Below are positions 11,841 to 24,072 of a stretch of 61,627 nucleotides of DNA, in pieces. This DNA is from Chiloscyllium plagiosum (Eukaryota). Under the pieces are notes generated by a model. It was not told the origin of the DNA, ran no database searches, and saw only the letters and a program-made list of their open reading frames with translations. The stretch is taken from assembly GCF_004010195.1 (NCBI RefSeq), contig NC_057719.1, positions 7,479,372 to 7,540,998 of the forward strand, read 5' to 3'. Position numbers and translations under genes: made by a program. Within the stretch, counting starts at the first letter, position 1, and the number at the start of each line of letters is the position of its first letter.

Positions 11841-12685
11841 AAGAGCCTTGGTTTTGTCAATAACTTCGCTTTTAGATACAATAGAATCAAGCACATGAAT
11901 TTGTTGAGAAATATGCATTAGTCATACTGTGGTGCTATAGTCTCTTAATATGTGAAAATGGGATTGTAGCTAAATTCTTTGCATTGTTTTTAATTGAATA
12001 AAAGTGCTCTTGAATATGAGAAAATAATAATGTTTAAAACTCCACTTTTCTGGGGGTTATCTGAATGTGAACTTGATATAAATCATTATAAAAATGTCCT
12101 CAAATTGTCACTAAATTCCAAGAAATGGATCCATCCATACTGATCCCCTCAGATCTATCTTTTAAGTTCTTTATGCTGGTAGTTACTGGAAGAAATGAAA
12201 AGATGGTAAGTGTTTCAGCCCCAGAATGCATGCTTGGTTGAGTCCAACAAACGTTAAATTGGAGATGTAATCTACATACAGTAGATTACAATCATTGCAA
12301 CACAGTAACAAAAACAAATGGCAAAATGAAATGATTTCAAGTTTCCTAGCATTCTTATTTAATTTTAATGTAAAAATAATTCTCAACCTTCCACGTTTAT
12401 ATTTACTAGAACCTGGTTGTTTTCTCTCAATGCATAACAAAGCACTGATTGATACAAGGGAAAATTTTATAGCTTGCAGAAAGATGTGGATTTTTAAATT
12501 GAAAATGTTTGGCCATGCAATGTACAATATTTCTTCAAAAACAAAGTTTTGTTTTGTAAGAAGCTAATCCTTGTTTTTGAGATATTGCTAGGCTTGGGAT
12601 TTTCTGTTTTGTGAATAGATAATTATGATTTTGATGCCCTTGGTGGTAGCATCAACTAAAATTTGGCGACAGAGGAAGGAAAGTC

Positions 12686-12791
12686 ATGACAACCTTGGAG
12701 AGGATCAATCCTCAGCAGCAAAAATATTCACTGTGGTGGAATGCGGCTACAGCTGTTAACAGTCTGGCAGACTTGGCTCCAGTATTATTGG
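12686..12791 (+). CDS. Candidate upstream coding exon of STON2 (MTTLERINPQQQKYSLWWNAATAVNSLADLAPVLL-), speculative
   Basis: ATG with G at -3. MTTLE resembles the MTTLD start I recall for mammalian stonin-2. G|GTAGGT donor at 12792 is phase 1, compatible with the 13848 acceptor. The rest of the peptide shows no similarity and there is no WVxF motif. Confidence 0.25.
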
Positions 12792-12819
12792 GTAGGTTTT
12801 AGGAAGCAGTGCTAAAGAA

Positions 12820-12822
<3 letters not shown>

Positions 12823-12858
<36 letters not shown>
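12823..12858 (+). repeat. (CA)18 microsatellite
   Basis: Read directly from the sequence. Confidence 0.97.
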
Positions 12859-12860
<2 letters not shown>

Positions 12861-13847
12861 ACTCTCTGCCATCGTGAGGCAACCCTCTGCTATCTTCAGG
12901 ACATGGCCTCAAGAGGCGATCTGCCTGCTGGATCGTGGCACTGTCCTCATATTACTGCATAACTAACAAATTGATTATCCACTGTTGTTAAGCGGTGTTA
13001 CTGGAATAACCTCTTAGGTGGCAAAATCATGTTGAAGTGGGATTGCCAAATCAATGTCCTGCTGTGTAAATTGCCTTTTCCCACAGGAAGAGTCTGTCCA
13101 ATGGGCACGAAAATACTTTGCACCTGGTGTGACCAGCAATATCAGCTGCTTACTGGGCAGCCTGAATGGTATTGTAGCAGGAGAAGTAATGCATACAGGT
13201 AGTCCCTGTATACCTCAGAGGTGTTGATTCAGACCAGTCTTGATGTCACACAGCCAGGTACATTGACAAGATTCCAAATTCAGGCAACATCAATTCTCAA
13301 AAGACCATGTACCAAAATATTGTATATTAACTTTATCACCCAAAGTATCCCTGAGAGTACCTTGACCATATTCCTAATGAAGTATTTTTGAATTAGTTGG
13401 GTTTCCATTGAATTATATTCGAATTATCTGTAAGATCTTGCAGTACTTCTCATTGCACTTTGTTGCTTCACAACTTTTATTAGAACTACAAACGCTATGT
13501 GTTTTTACTTGCATAATTCTTTTGTTCAATACTATTTCAGCCTCCTCTACACATGGGATTATATACTTTTTAGTGAGCCATTGACACAAATACTCTCATG
13601 TTGGCTAAATAGTGGGGGTTGTGGATTTTGAATAGTAGGATGTTGTTAAATTGATGGAAAATCAGAATATATATCAATCCTGATGTTATGGAAGCTGAAT
13701 AGAAGAACTAATATTAACATCTTTTACTTTCAGATGTGATAAGCCTGTAGATATGGTCTATTTCTAGCATTTTCTTCTTTTGTTTCTATATCTTAGCATT
13801 CACAGTTTTGGTTTTAACTCTTGTTAATATTGTTTCTTTTTCTTCAG

Positions 13848-16151
13848 AAACAGGCTCTTATTATTGTCACCATGGAACAAGAACGGAAACAGTGAATAGA
13901 AATCCCAACAACATGCAGCTGAATGGGTGCAAGATGTCAACAGCACGCTTTTCAAGCTGGGTGACATTTGATGATGATCCAGATCTTATTTCACCAGTAC
14001 AAACATCTCTTCTAAAACCAGGAATTTCTCACAACGGTACAACTCAAGAAAACGACAAGATTCTCCAGGGGCCTCAAACAGGCTTTGAAAAAACAGCATC
14101 AAAGAATAATTTGGTGGATTTTTCTGCTGAAGAAAAGAATGATGCACTTGCACTAATTAGTCCAACCATAAACCCATTTTCACCAGTTCGCAGCACTAAC
14201 CCTTTTTTGGATGAATCTCTACGTGATGTCCAGCCATCACCAATCAATCCATTTCAAGCATTCTTTGACCAAAATGAAAAGCCAGCCTTGGTGAACTCAT
14301 TAGCAAACACATCTCAGATCTTTCAACAGCAAAATGTACCGGATTCTCCATTTTCTGATTCACATCCCGATTGCCAAAAGGATTCTGTTCCTACATCAGG
14401 TCATCCTCCAGATCCTATTTCCCCATATTTTGGAAATCTAAATGATCAAAGGAGTTTAGTTGTGTTCAAGAATTCTCCAGATTTGGCCTCTCCACTTACA
14501 ATTGGAAGTGCTAATGATCAGGGGGATTCTGTTTTCATTAATTCTTCGAATTTGATGTCCTCATTTTCTGATGCAAAAATCAGAAATCAAAGGGATTCTA
14601 TTATTTTCAGTGATGAAGAAGATCTGATTCCCCCATTTCCTGATGGAAAACCTAATAATCAGATGGATTATTCTATAATCATGAATTCTGAAGATATGAT
14701 CTCACAACTTCCTTCTGCAATTGTAAATGATGGAAACATCAATAGTCAAAGGGATTCTATTATGGCATTTGACCACTGTCCAGACTCTCCCTTTTCCAGT
14801 TCTCACATTAATGGTCAAAGAGATTCTATTATGTTTAGTAATGCTTTAAATGCCACATTTACAGATGACCCAATAAACTACAGCTCTCATCTTGATGCTC
14901 TAACTCGGCTTAAACAAATTCACATTGAGGATCCAGATCAGCTTGATCGTCATACCTTACCTGATGATCCTTTGCACTCTCCAGAGGCAGAAAGCAATAC
15001 ATTTAACTTTAACTACCTGCAGCCTAAGGATGGTTGGCCAATGATGCTGAGAATACCTGAGAAAAAGAACATCATGTCATCAAGACACTGGGGCCCTATA
15101 TATGTCAAAATGCTAGATAATGCATGTTTACAACTCTTTTATGAAAAGGGTCTTGAGAAGCCTTTTCGGGAGGTTCAGCTTCTGCCCTGCCATGAGCTGT
15201 CTGAACTGAAACTTCAGAACTTTGATGAAAATGGGAAAATACACACTATAAGTATAGATAAAGTATTATACAAGGAAAAACGGAAATATCATCCTATGCT
15301 AACAGTAGTACAGACACCAGTCCGGGTGCAGGTGATGAAATTGGGCACCACAATTTATGAAGATTATGTAAGTTTTGTGACTACAGTTCAGGATACACTA
15401 ATGAAATTACCGAGTGCCAGAGATATTTGTGCCAATTATTTTGAAGAAGAGATAACTGTGGAAGTACAGGATGAATTTAAAGGTATTGTGGCTAAAGCAG
15501 ACAACAGACTCATCCAGCATTCTGTGGTTACTCATGTCAATGTTCTGGCTTTTGTGTCTGGAATGCCAGAATGTAGGATAGGCTTCAATGATGTTCAGAT
15601 GAAGGGACGTGAAGTTGTGTCAAGGCATGACATTATTCCCACAACCACAACTAAATGGATTAAAATGAATGACTTCCAGTTCCATACATGTGTGGTTGTT
15701 GATGAATTCAAAAATTCCAGATTAATTAAGTTTTTACCATTAGATGGTCATAGGTTTGAATTATTGCGTTTCAGGACTACCTTTGGTGAAAAGACACTTC
15801 CTTTCTCCCTTAAAACCTTAGCAACTGTTAAGGGTGCTGAAGTGGAGCTTCAGTCTTGGTTGGTGATGTCATCTGGGTTTGTGTCTAATCGGGATCATTT
15901 TGCAGCAATGCCTTGTGAAAATGTGATGATTCGGTATCCAGTCCCAACAGATTGGGTTAAGAACTTTCGACGAGAAGGTGTCTTGCGAGAAAAGTCCCTG
16001 AAGGCCAGAGTTAATAGGAGTGCCAGCTTTGGTAGTGCTAGCATGTCTGGCTCAGAGCCTGTCATGAGAGTAACATTGGGAAGTGCCAAGTATGAACATG
16101 CCTTTAAGGCTATTGTATGGCGAATCAACAGACTCCCGGACAAAAATTCAG
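13848..16151 (+). CDS. STON2: Stonin-2, large internal coding exon (WxxF motif, 3 NPF motifs, repeat-expanded linker, stonin homology domain, N-terminal part of mu-homology domain)
   Basis: Lies within ORF 13808-16198. Translation includes ARFSSWVTFDDD, TNPFL, QPSPINPF, DGWPMMLRIPEKKNIMSSRHWGP, PTTTTKWIK and AKYEHAFKAIVWRINRLPDKNS, which I recognise as vertebrate stonin-2. Acceptor ttctttttcttcAG ends at 13847 (phase 1); donor G|GTGAGT begins at 16152 (phase 1). Confidence 0.96.
14339..14841 (+). repeat. Degenerate coding tandem repeat within STON2 (7 units of 23-29 aa)
   Basis: Q-x-D-S-like anchors at 14375, 14447, 14519, 14588, 14660, 14747 and 14816 (spacings 72, 72, 69, 72, 87, 69 nt). 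Confidence 0.85.
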
Positions 16152-17347
16152 GTGAGTGGCAGTCGACTGTTGTTTGTGTGGAAGCTCTTAACTGTTAATG
16201 TTTTACCCCGACCAGTCTAAATCTTATCACTAAAGTATATGTTGACCTATAAAGGAAAAGGGTAGAAGTACCATAGATAAATGTCTCCTGAGATAAGTTC
16301 CATGAAACTGGCAGGCAAGCTTTGTATCAAAAGAATTCATGACAGTATAATTTACATATTGATACAGTGTAGTCTTTTTTTAAAAAATGTTTCTTTTCAT
16401 TTGCTTACTGGCAATCTAAAATTTTGAAAGGTAGGAGAAATAACTCCTATTGCAAAGATTGGGATTGTAAAAGGGGGGGATGCAAGAACAAGAGCTTGTA
16501 CACAAAACTTGAAAGTGGCAGGACAGGTTAACAAAGCAGCCAATAAATTGGTATCAACTTGGGATGAAACTGAAACACTTAAATGATTTCTACATCATTG
16601 GTCATATTTGTACCTTGAATCTTAATAGATTGTGTAAAAGTGATCAGAGTTGTACAACCGTAACAACAGTAAGTGGAAATTGTTCCTATTAGAGAAACCT
16701 ATTCACATTGGTTCTACTTTATGCTTGAGTAGTTGCATTGGAGCAATCTCATTCTGCTTTTGTGAATGTTACATTAAGGGCAAAGTTTGCTGTCATAGTA
16801 TATTTTAGCACAGGAGGACATTTGTTATAGCTGTTCTTTAGACCTCCTACTTCTGCAAATTTCTCTCCATGTATTTATCCTTATTTTTTAGGGTGGTGGA
16901 TACACAGCCTCCAATCAGGCAGTTACCTTTACAGTTACTCTTTGCCTGAATGGTTTTTCTTCATGTTGCATCTGTTTATTGGTCATAATACTCCAGCTGT
17001 GGAAGAGTAAATGTGTTTATGTATATTTAGCATAACTTCCAGTTTTTTTTTTAAATTCTCAATGCTAAACTCTAAATCCAAATTCTTGGATTCCATTAAT
17101 TTATTGGCTGCTTTGTTAACTTGTCCTGCCACTTTCAAGTTTTGTATACAAGCTCTTGTATTCCCCCTTTTTTTACAATTATCATCATCATCTCTAAGAC
17201 TACATAGTTCTATTTCCAGAACACTTCAAAACTCTGCTGCTGTCTCGGCCCACTTGTTCAAAGCCTTATCCTTTTGATACTTCTCGACCTAACTATTGCA
17301 ACAATGATGTGGATTAATCAGAGATAGTCAGCATGGAAAGACCCTTC

Positions 17348-17537
17348 AGAGGCTGGTTTTCTGTCACCAAATGACCCTTTATTTACATGCACATAGTATT
17401 TGACACTGACACTGGTCTGGCTTCCTCAGTCAGTCAGATATAAACAAGAGCTCCTTGATTGGACCAGATTAATAGCTCCTATCAGGAAACTTATTTTCTA
17501 TGAGATTCACCTGACTCTATATTTTACAATCACTACA
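17348..17537 (-). mobile_element. Gypsy LTR fragment (solo-LTR-like), same family as 48704-48939
   Basis: Reverse complement starts tgtagtgatt...ctcatagaa...aatctggtccaatcaaggagc and aligns by eye with the LTR at 48704. Confidence 0.75.
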
Positions 17538-17539
17538 GG

Positions 17540-18470
17540 AAGAAAGGCCACCTTTGACTAATTTGATGAAATGTTTTGAGGAGCTATGCAGGAGTGTTGA
17601 TGAGGGTAATGCATTTGATGTGGTTGACATTGACTATCGCCAGGCTTTTGATAAGGTTCCTCAGGGAAGACTTGTCGAGGAAGTGCATCATAGTATGATT
17701 TAATTTTGTTACGGGAAAGGAAAAAGGTCTACAGAAAAGGATTTTGGATTGGGGAAAGGCAGATTTTATTTAAGTAAGGCAGAATCTTGCTGGGAATGGC
17801 TACTCGAGGTAAATCTGTGGCAGAACACTGGGGAGGGGTGTTCAAACTGGGATTGGTTTTCTTTAGGTTGAAATATGCAGACAGAGCCAAGCTTCTGGCA
17901 CTATAAATGACAGAGGGGAGGAAGAAGAAAAAAGGGGTGATAGTGATAGCCCAGAGAACTCTGAATATCTATGAATATTTAGGTCCGGACAAGAAGGTAA
18001 AGAGAGGCTTTTAACAGTTACAAAGGGAGCAAATCAATGGAGGGCCTGGTGGAGTTTAGGAAGTGCAGGTAGGAGCTTAAGAAAGCAACTAGGAGAGCAA
18101 AGAGTAAGCTTGAAAAAACACTGGCAGTAAAATAAGGAAAAATCCCAAGATATTCTATAAGAATACCAAGGGGAAGAGGATAATCAAGGATAAAGGGCAC
18201 TTCCTATTCAGGGCCAAAGGGCACTGTATGCATGGAGCAGGAAGACATCGGTAGGGTATAAACAAGTACTTCACATCTGTCTTCACTCTTGGAGAAGGAA
18301 GATGTCAGTACAGTATTTTGGGAATAGGTACTGAGAGGTCTTGAGCAGTTTTGACATGAGAGGTGAGGTGGTTTTGGCAGGCATAAAAGTGGACAAATTC
18401 CCAAGTCCAGATGAATTTTATCCCAGGCTGCTGTCAGAGATGAGGGAGGAAATTATAGGGGAGGACAGCT
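17540..18470 (+). mobile_element. Old, rearranged CR1 ORF2 fragments
   Basis: Decayed caggcttttgataaggttcc (AFDKV) and gtggacaaattcccaagtccagatg (KSPGPD-like) motifs. Confidence 0.65.
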
Positions 18471-18479
18471 AATGTGATT

Positions 18480-19148
18480 CTGTGGAGGAACAGAGGGATC
18501 TGGGTGTGCAAGTACATAGATCCCTTAAAGTTGCCAACCAAGTGGATAGGGTTGTTAAGAAAGCATATGGTGTTTTGGCTTTCATTAACAGGGAGATCGA
18601 GTTTAAGAGCCGCAAGGTTTTGCTGCAGGTCTACAAAGTCCCTGGTGAGACCACACTTGGAATATTGTGTCCAATTCTGGTCACCCTACTATAGCAAAGA
18701 TATAGAGGCTTTGGAGAGAGTGCAAAGAAGGTTTGCCAGGATGCTGCCTGGACTGGAGGGCTTGTCTTATGAAGAAAGGTTGAATAAGATCGGACTTTTC
18801 TCTCTGGAGAGAAGGAGGAAGAGAGGAGACCTGATCGAGGTGTACAAAATAATGAGAGGAATAGATAGAGTCAATAGCCAGAGACATTGCCCCCGGGCAG
18901 GATAGACTGGTACGAGAAGTCATAGTTTGAAGATATTAGGAGGAAGGTATAAAGGAGACGTCAGAGGTAGGTTCTTTATGCAGTGAGTTGTGAATGCATG
19001 GAATGCGTTGCCAGCGGTGGTGGTGGAAGCAGAGTCACTGGGGACATTTAAGCGACTGCTGGACATGCACAAGGATAGCAGTGAGTTGAGGGGTGCGTAG
19101 GTTAAGTGGGCCAAAGGCCCTGTTCTGTGCTGTACTTTTCTATGTTCT
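18480..19148 (+). mobile_element. CR1 3' end nested in an older CR1
   Basis: [31 protein letters not shown]; ttctatgttct tail. Confidence 0.88.
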
Positions 19149-19374
19149 ACTTTTCAAGAAAGGTGGTAGAGATAATCCAGGGAATCATAGACCAATGACT
19201 CTCATGTCAGTAGTAGGGAAATTATTTGAGAAAATTCTAAAGGAAAGAATTAATCTCCACTTGGAGAGGCAAGGTTTAATTAGGGATAGTCAGCATGGTT
19301 TTATTAGAGGAAGGTCAAATTTGATTGAATTTTCTTGAGGTGACCAGGTGGACAGGTGAGGACAGTACAGTTGA

Positions 19375-19543
19375 TAGTTTGAAGTTCCTCTGTAAAATCC
19401 ATCTGAAGGACACAAGTGGGGAGTATTTTGTTTGTTAATCGAATGCCGGATAACATAGTTTAGCCAAGCATTGGGACCTTGTGATCTTGCCGGATAATCT
19501 GATATTCGGATAATCAAATGCCGGATAATTGAGGTCCCTGTGT
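19375..19543. mobile_element. Tc1/mariner (Tigger-like) MITE fragment
   Basis: Repeated ccggataa sub-motifs; ends in gaggtccctgtg-TA; interrupts CR1 sequence just before the YMDFS motif. Confidence 0.55.
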
Positions 19544-19714
19544 ATATGGATTTCAGCAATAATTTGACAAGGTCCCACATGGGATCCAGGGTAATTTGGC
19601 AAGTTAAAGTCAAAATTGACTTAGTAGTATGAGACAGCGGGTGGTAGCAGAAGGTTATTTTTGTGACGAGAGGCCAGTGTCCAGTGGCATACTGGGTCAG
19701 CGCTGGATGCCTTA

Positions 19715-20557
19715 TTAGAGTCATAGAGATGTACAGCATGGAAACAGACCCTTCGGTCCAATCCTGTCCATGCCGACGAGATATCCTAACCCAATCTAGT
19801 CCCATCTGCCAGCACCCGGCCCATATCCCTCCAAATCCTTCCTATTCATATACCCATCCAAATGCCTCTTAAATGTTGCAATTGTACCAGCCTTCACCAC
19901 ATCCTCTGGCAGCTCATTCCATACACATACCACCCTCTGCATGATAAAGTTGCCCCTTAGGTCTCTTTTATATCTTTTCCCTCTCACCCTAAACCTTTGC
20001 CCTCTAGTTCTGGACTCCCGACCTCAGAGAAAAGACTTTGTCTATTTATCCTATCCATGCCTCTCATAATTTTGTAAACCTCTATAAGGTCACCCCTCAG
20101 CCTCCAACGCTCCAGGGAAAACAGCCCCAGCCTGTTCAGCCTCTCCCTGAAGCTCAGCTCCTCCAACCCTGGCAACATCCTTGTAAATCTTTTCTGAACC
20201 CGTTCAAGTTTCACAACATCTTTCTGATAGGAAGGAGACTAGAATTGCATGCAATATTCCAACAGTGGCCTAACCAATATCCTGTACAGCCGCAACATGA
20301 CCTCCCAACTCCTGTACTCAATACTGACCAATAAAGGAAAGCATACCAAACGCCTTCTTCACTATCCTATCTACCTGTGACTCCACTTTCAAGGAGCTAT
20401 GAAGCTGCACTCCAAGGTCTCTTTGTTCAACAACACTCCCTAGGACCTTACCATTAAGTGTATAAGTCCTGCTAAGATTTGCTTTCCAAAAATGCAGTAC
20501 CTCGCATTTATCTGAATTAAACTCCATCTGCCATTTCTCAGCCCATTAGCCCATCTG
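19715..20557 (-). mobile_element. CR1/HER1-like 3' fragment
   Basis: ORFs 19796-20527: MEFNSDKCEVLHF, LERVQKRFTRMLPG; tail near 19715; similar to 1614-2398. Confidence 0.9.
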
Positions 20558-22457
20558 GTCCTTTGTTTGTTATTATACATAAACATTATAAAAGAAAATG
20601 TGTGGGGCATGGTAAGTACGTTTGCGGATGACACCAGGATTGGCTGGGTATTTCAGTGAGGAAGAAGGTCTTATATTAAGTAATAGAAGATACAGATAGA
20701 TTAGTCAGATTGGCAGATGAAATTTAATTCTAAGTATGAAGTGATGCACTTTGGAAGAACTAACAAGACAACAGAGTACTGAACAAATAGTAGGACGCTT
20801 GGAAACTCCAAGGAACGGAAGGATCTTCAGGTACTTATCTACAGATTGCTGAAGGTGGCAGGCCAGATTAAGAAGGCATATGGGACATGTGCACTTTACC
20901 AGTAATGGCTTAGATTATAAGAACAGGGAGTTTATGGTGGAGCTTTAAAAGACTTTTGTTAGACTGCAGATGGAGTACCACATACATTTCTAGTCTTGAA
21001 ACTATAGGAAGGACTTGATTTGGTGGAAATGATACAGAGGAGATTTACCAGGAAGTTGCTTGAGATGGAGCAGTCTAGCAATGAGAGAGGCTAGATAAAC
21101 TTGGGTTGTTTTCTTTAGAGCTGAGCGGGTACCTGATTTGAGGAGCATACATTTAAGGCCAAAGGCTGGAGGTTTAAAAGGGATCTGATACAAAATCTTT
21201 TCATCCAGTGGTTGGTGGAAATTTGGAATGCATTGTCTGGGGAAGTAGCTGAGGCAGGAAACTATGCAACATTTTCAGAGTATATGGATAAGCATTTGAA
21301 ATGTAATGACATTCAAGACAAAGGACCAAGTGCTGAAAAGTGAGACTAGTGCAGATTTAGAGTAATTTTTGTCAGTATAAACTTGATGGGCCTCAGGATT
21401 TTTTTGTACTGTATGATTCTATGAAAGACTCGAAGGGCAGAATGGCCTACTCCTGCACCTATTGTCTATAAAGTAATGGCCCACTGGATCCTCCAAACAA
21501 AGTAGCAAAGAGCTAGGAAGCAAGTAGGGTGATGGTGGAAGGATGTTTCTGTGACTGGAGGTGTGTTCCCAGTAGGGTTCTGTCGGACCCTTGCTGTTTG
21601 TGGTGTACGTTACTGATTTGGACTTAAATGTGGGGTGCATGTTCAAGAAGTTTGTGGGTGACACAAAAATTGGTAAGGTGATAAATAGAGGAGGATAGCT
21701 GCAAACTGCAGGAGGCTGTCAACAGACTGGTCACAGCAATGGCAAATGGAATTTGACCTAGAAAAATGTGAGGGAATGTACTTGTGGAAGATTAACAAGT
21801 CAAAAGGATTACACTATGAATGGTAGGACGTTGGAAAGTAGCAGGACAGGTAGTTAAGAAGGCATACGGGATACTTGCCTGTTAGTTGAGACATAGAATG
21901 CAAGAGCAGGGTGGCTATGGTGGCTGGTCAAGCCACACCTGAAGTGATGGTCTTGTGGTAGTATTACTATTAATCCAGAGACCCTGGAAGATGTACCTCG
22001 AGACAGATGATTGTCCTTGGGGAATCAGGTGTGTTATTTGCTGTAGAATTGCCAGCCTCAGATTTGCTCATGGAGCATAGTTGTCAGGTAGACAGCAAGG
22101 ATCGAATGAATGCCCAGAAGAGTATAAAGAAAGTATACTGAGGAGGGAAAAAGGAGTCATGAGATAGCTTTGGCAAATAGGGTTAAGGAGAATCCAAAGA
22201 GATTAAGGACAAAAGAGTAACAAGGGAAAGAATATGGCCTCTTTAAAATTTAGCAAAGCCATCTATGTGTGAAATTGCAGATGGTGGGGGAGATAATAAA
22301 CAAATATTTTACATCACTGTTTACTGTGGGGAAGGATACGGAAAATCAAGAACATGAAGAAATAAATAGCACCATCTTAAAACTTCCATATTACAGAGGA
22401 GGAGATGCTGGACAACTTAACATGCATAAAGGTGGATACATCCTCGGCACCTGATCA
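20558..22457 (+). mobile_element. Cluster of decayed CR1 ORF2 fragments
   Basis: tttgcggatgacacc (FADDT) near 20620, gggttctgtcggacccttgctgttt near 21575, gagaatccaaag (ENPK) near 22190. Confidence 0.7.
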
Positions 22458-22473
22458 CACATAGGCACATGCG

Positions 22474-22832
22474 TGACTTCTATTCTGTAATATTTGATCT
22501 TTCGTCTTTGAACATTTTCAAGTATATTCAACAGTTTCTTCGAACTTGCTCATTTCTTTGTGAAACATTGCTTGTTCCACATATTTATACAACCAATTCA
22601 TTACCAATTAACCCTTAATTAATATATTTATCTCCTGTTCACTCTTTCCAATCTGTTTCAGGTATTTCTTCTGACTACGTTATGTGATAAGATTCCCTTA
22701 TTAATGTAAAATAAACCAATAAATAACTTTTAAAAATGACTTCTATTCTGTAATATTTGATCTTTCGTCTTTGAACATTTTCAAGTATATTCAACAGTTT
22801 CTTCGAACTTGCTCATTTCTTTGTGAAACATT
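22474..22832 (+). repeat. Perfect 96-bp direct repeat flanking a 167-bp AT-rich spacer
   Basis: 22474-22569 is identical to 22737-22832 (tgacttctattctg...ctttgtgaaacatt). Confidence 0.95.
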
Positions 22833-23404
22833 CAGATAGCTGACATTTGCTATCCACCCATTTCAATCTAAAGATTCCTCCATTGTCTATGTAAAATTGC
22901 AGTATGATCCACAGACCTTTCTCATGCATGTATTTTGTTGTTACCTAAAACAGTGAAGTATTCCATAGATTCATTACCCTCTGAGAGGAAAAACTCTCAT
23001 AATTGGGCAGTCCTTTATTCTGAGATTATGCCCTCTGGTCCTTGACTGTCTGTTTAATGTGATGCCCACATTCCACGAGTGAATAAAAACCTTCAGCCAA
23101 CTCTACACTCATCCCTATGTAATTGGTCTTACTTAAGTTTAGCACAGTTGTTTCCAATCAAAGTTTCTCACTTTAAAGCTGAAAGCTAAATACTATGATA
23201 GTGGTGCTACCGAGTCACTCTTGGGCATGGATGTTGAAGTTCTGCTCCGAATGTACATTCTGTGCTCTTGCCAATCTTTGTGCTTTTTCCACGTAATATT
23301 TGACATCGGTGTGTATTGTTCCACAGCTGAGGAGAGGGAATGTGGTAGGTGTTAATTAACAGGTTTCCTTCTGCATGTGCGACCAATTAATATTAGTATT
23401 TTGG

Positions 23405-24072
23405 GCAATATTGTCGAACAGAGACCTTGAGATTCAGGTGCATATTTTCTTCAAAGTGGCATCACAGATAGAAAGGATGGGAAAGAAGTTTTGCACGCTT
23501 GCCTTTGTTGATCAGAGCATTGAGCACAGAAGTTGGGATGTCACATTGCAGCTGTACAGGACATTGGTGAGGCCATTTTTGGAGTACTGTGTGTAATTCT
23601 GATCACCCTGCTACAGGAAAGATATTATTAAATTGGAAAGGTTGCAGAAAAGATTTACAAGGATATTACCAGGACTGGAGGGTTTGCATTATCAGGGGAG
23701 ACTGGATAGGCAGAGAAAATCTTTCCCTGGAGTGTAGGAGGTTGAGGGATGACTTGTCAGAGGTTTATAAAATCATGAGGGGCATAGATAAGTAACGGTC
23801 TTTTCCCAAGGGTAGGGGATTTCAAAACTAGAGGGCAAAAATTTAAAAGGGATCTGAGGAGCAATATTTCATGTGGAACGAACTGCCAGAGGAAGTGATA
23901 GATGTAGGTACAGTTACAACATTTAAAAGACACTCGGACAGGTACGTAAAAAGGAAAGGTTTAAAGGGATATGGGCCAACTGCAGGTAAACAGAACTAGT
24001 TTGCTTCAGAAAACCTAGTTGGCATTAACGAGTTGGACTGCGGAATCTATTTCCATGCTGTATGACTCTATG
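23405..24072 (+). mobile_element. CR1 3' fragment
   Basis: LYRTLVRPFLEYCV, LECRRLRDDLSEVYKIM; ctgtatgactctatga tail. Confidence 0.85.

Noticed and set aside
13808..13847. ORF-track start of the 796-aa ORF
   Set aside because: It is a TTG within the polypyrimidine tract; the exon begins after the AG at 13847.
16152..16198. ORF-track C-terminus GEWQSTVVCVEALNC
   Set aside because: It follows a consensus GTGAGT donor, and stonin homology resumes at 30725.
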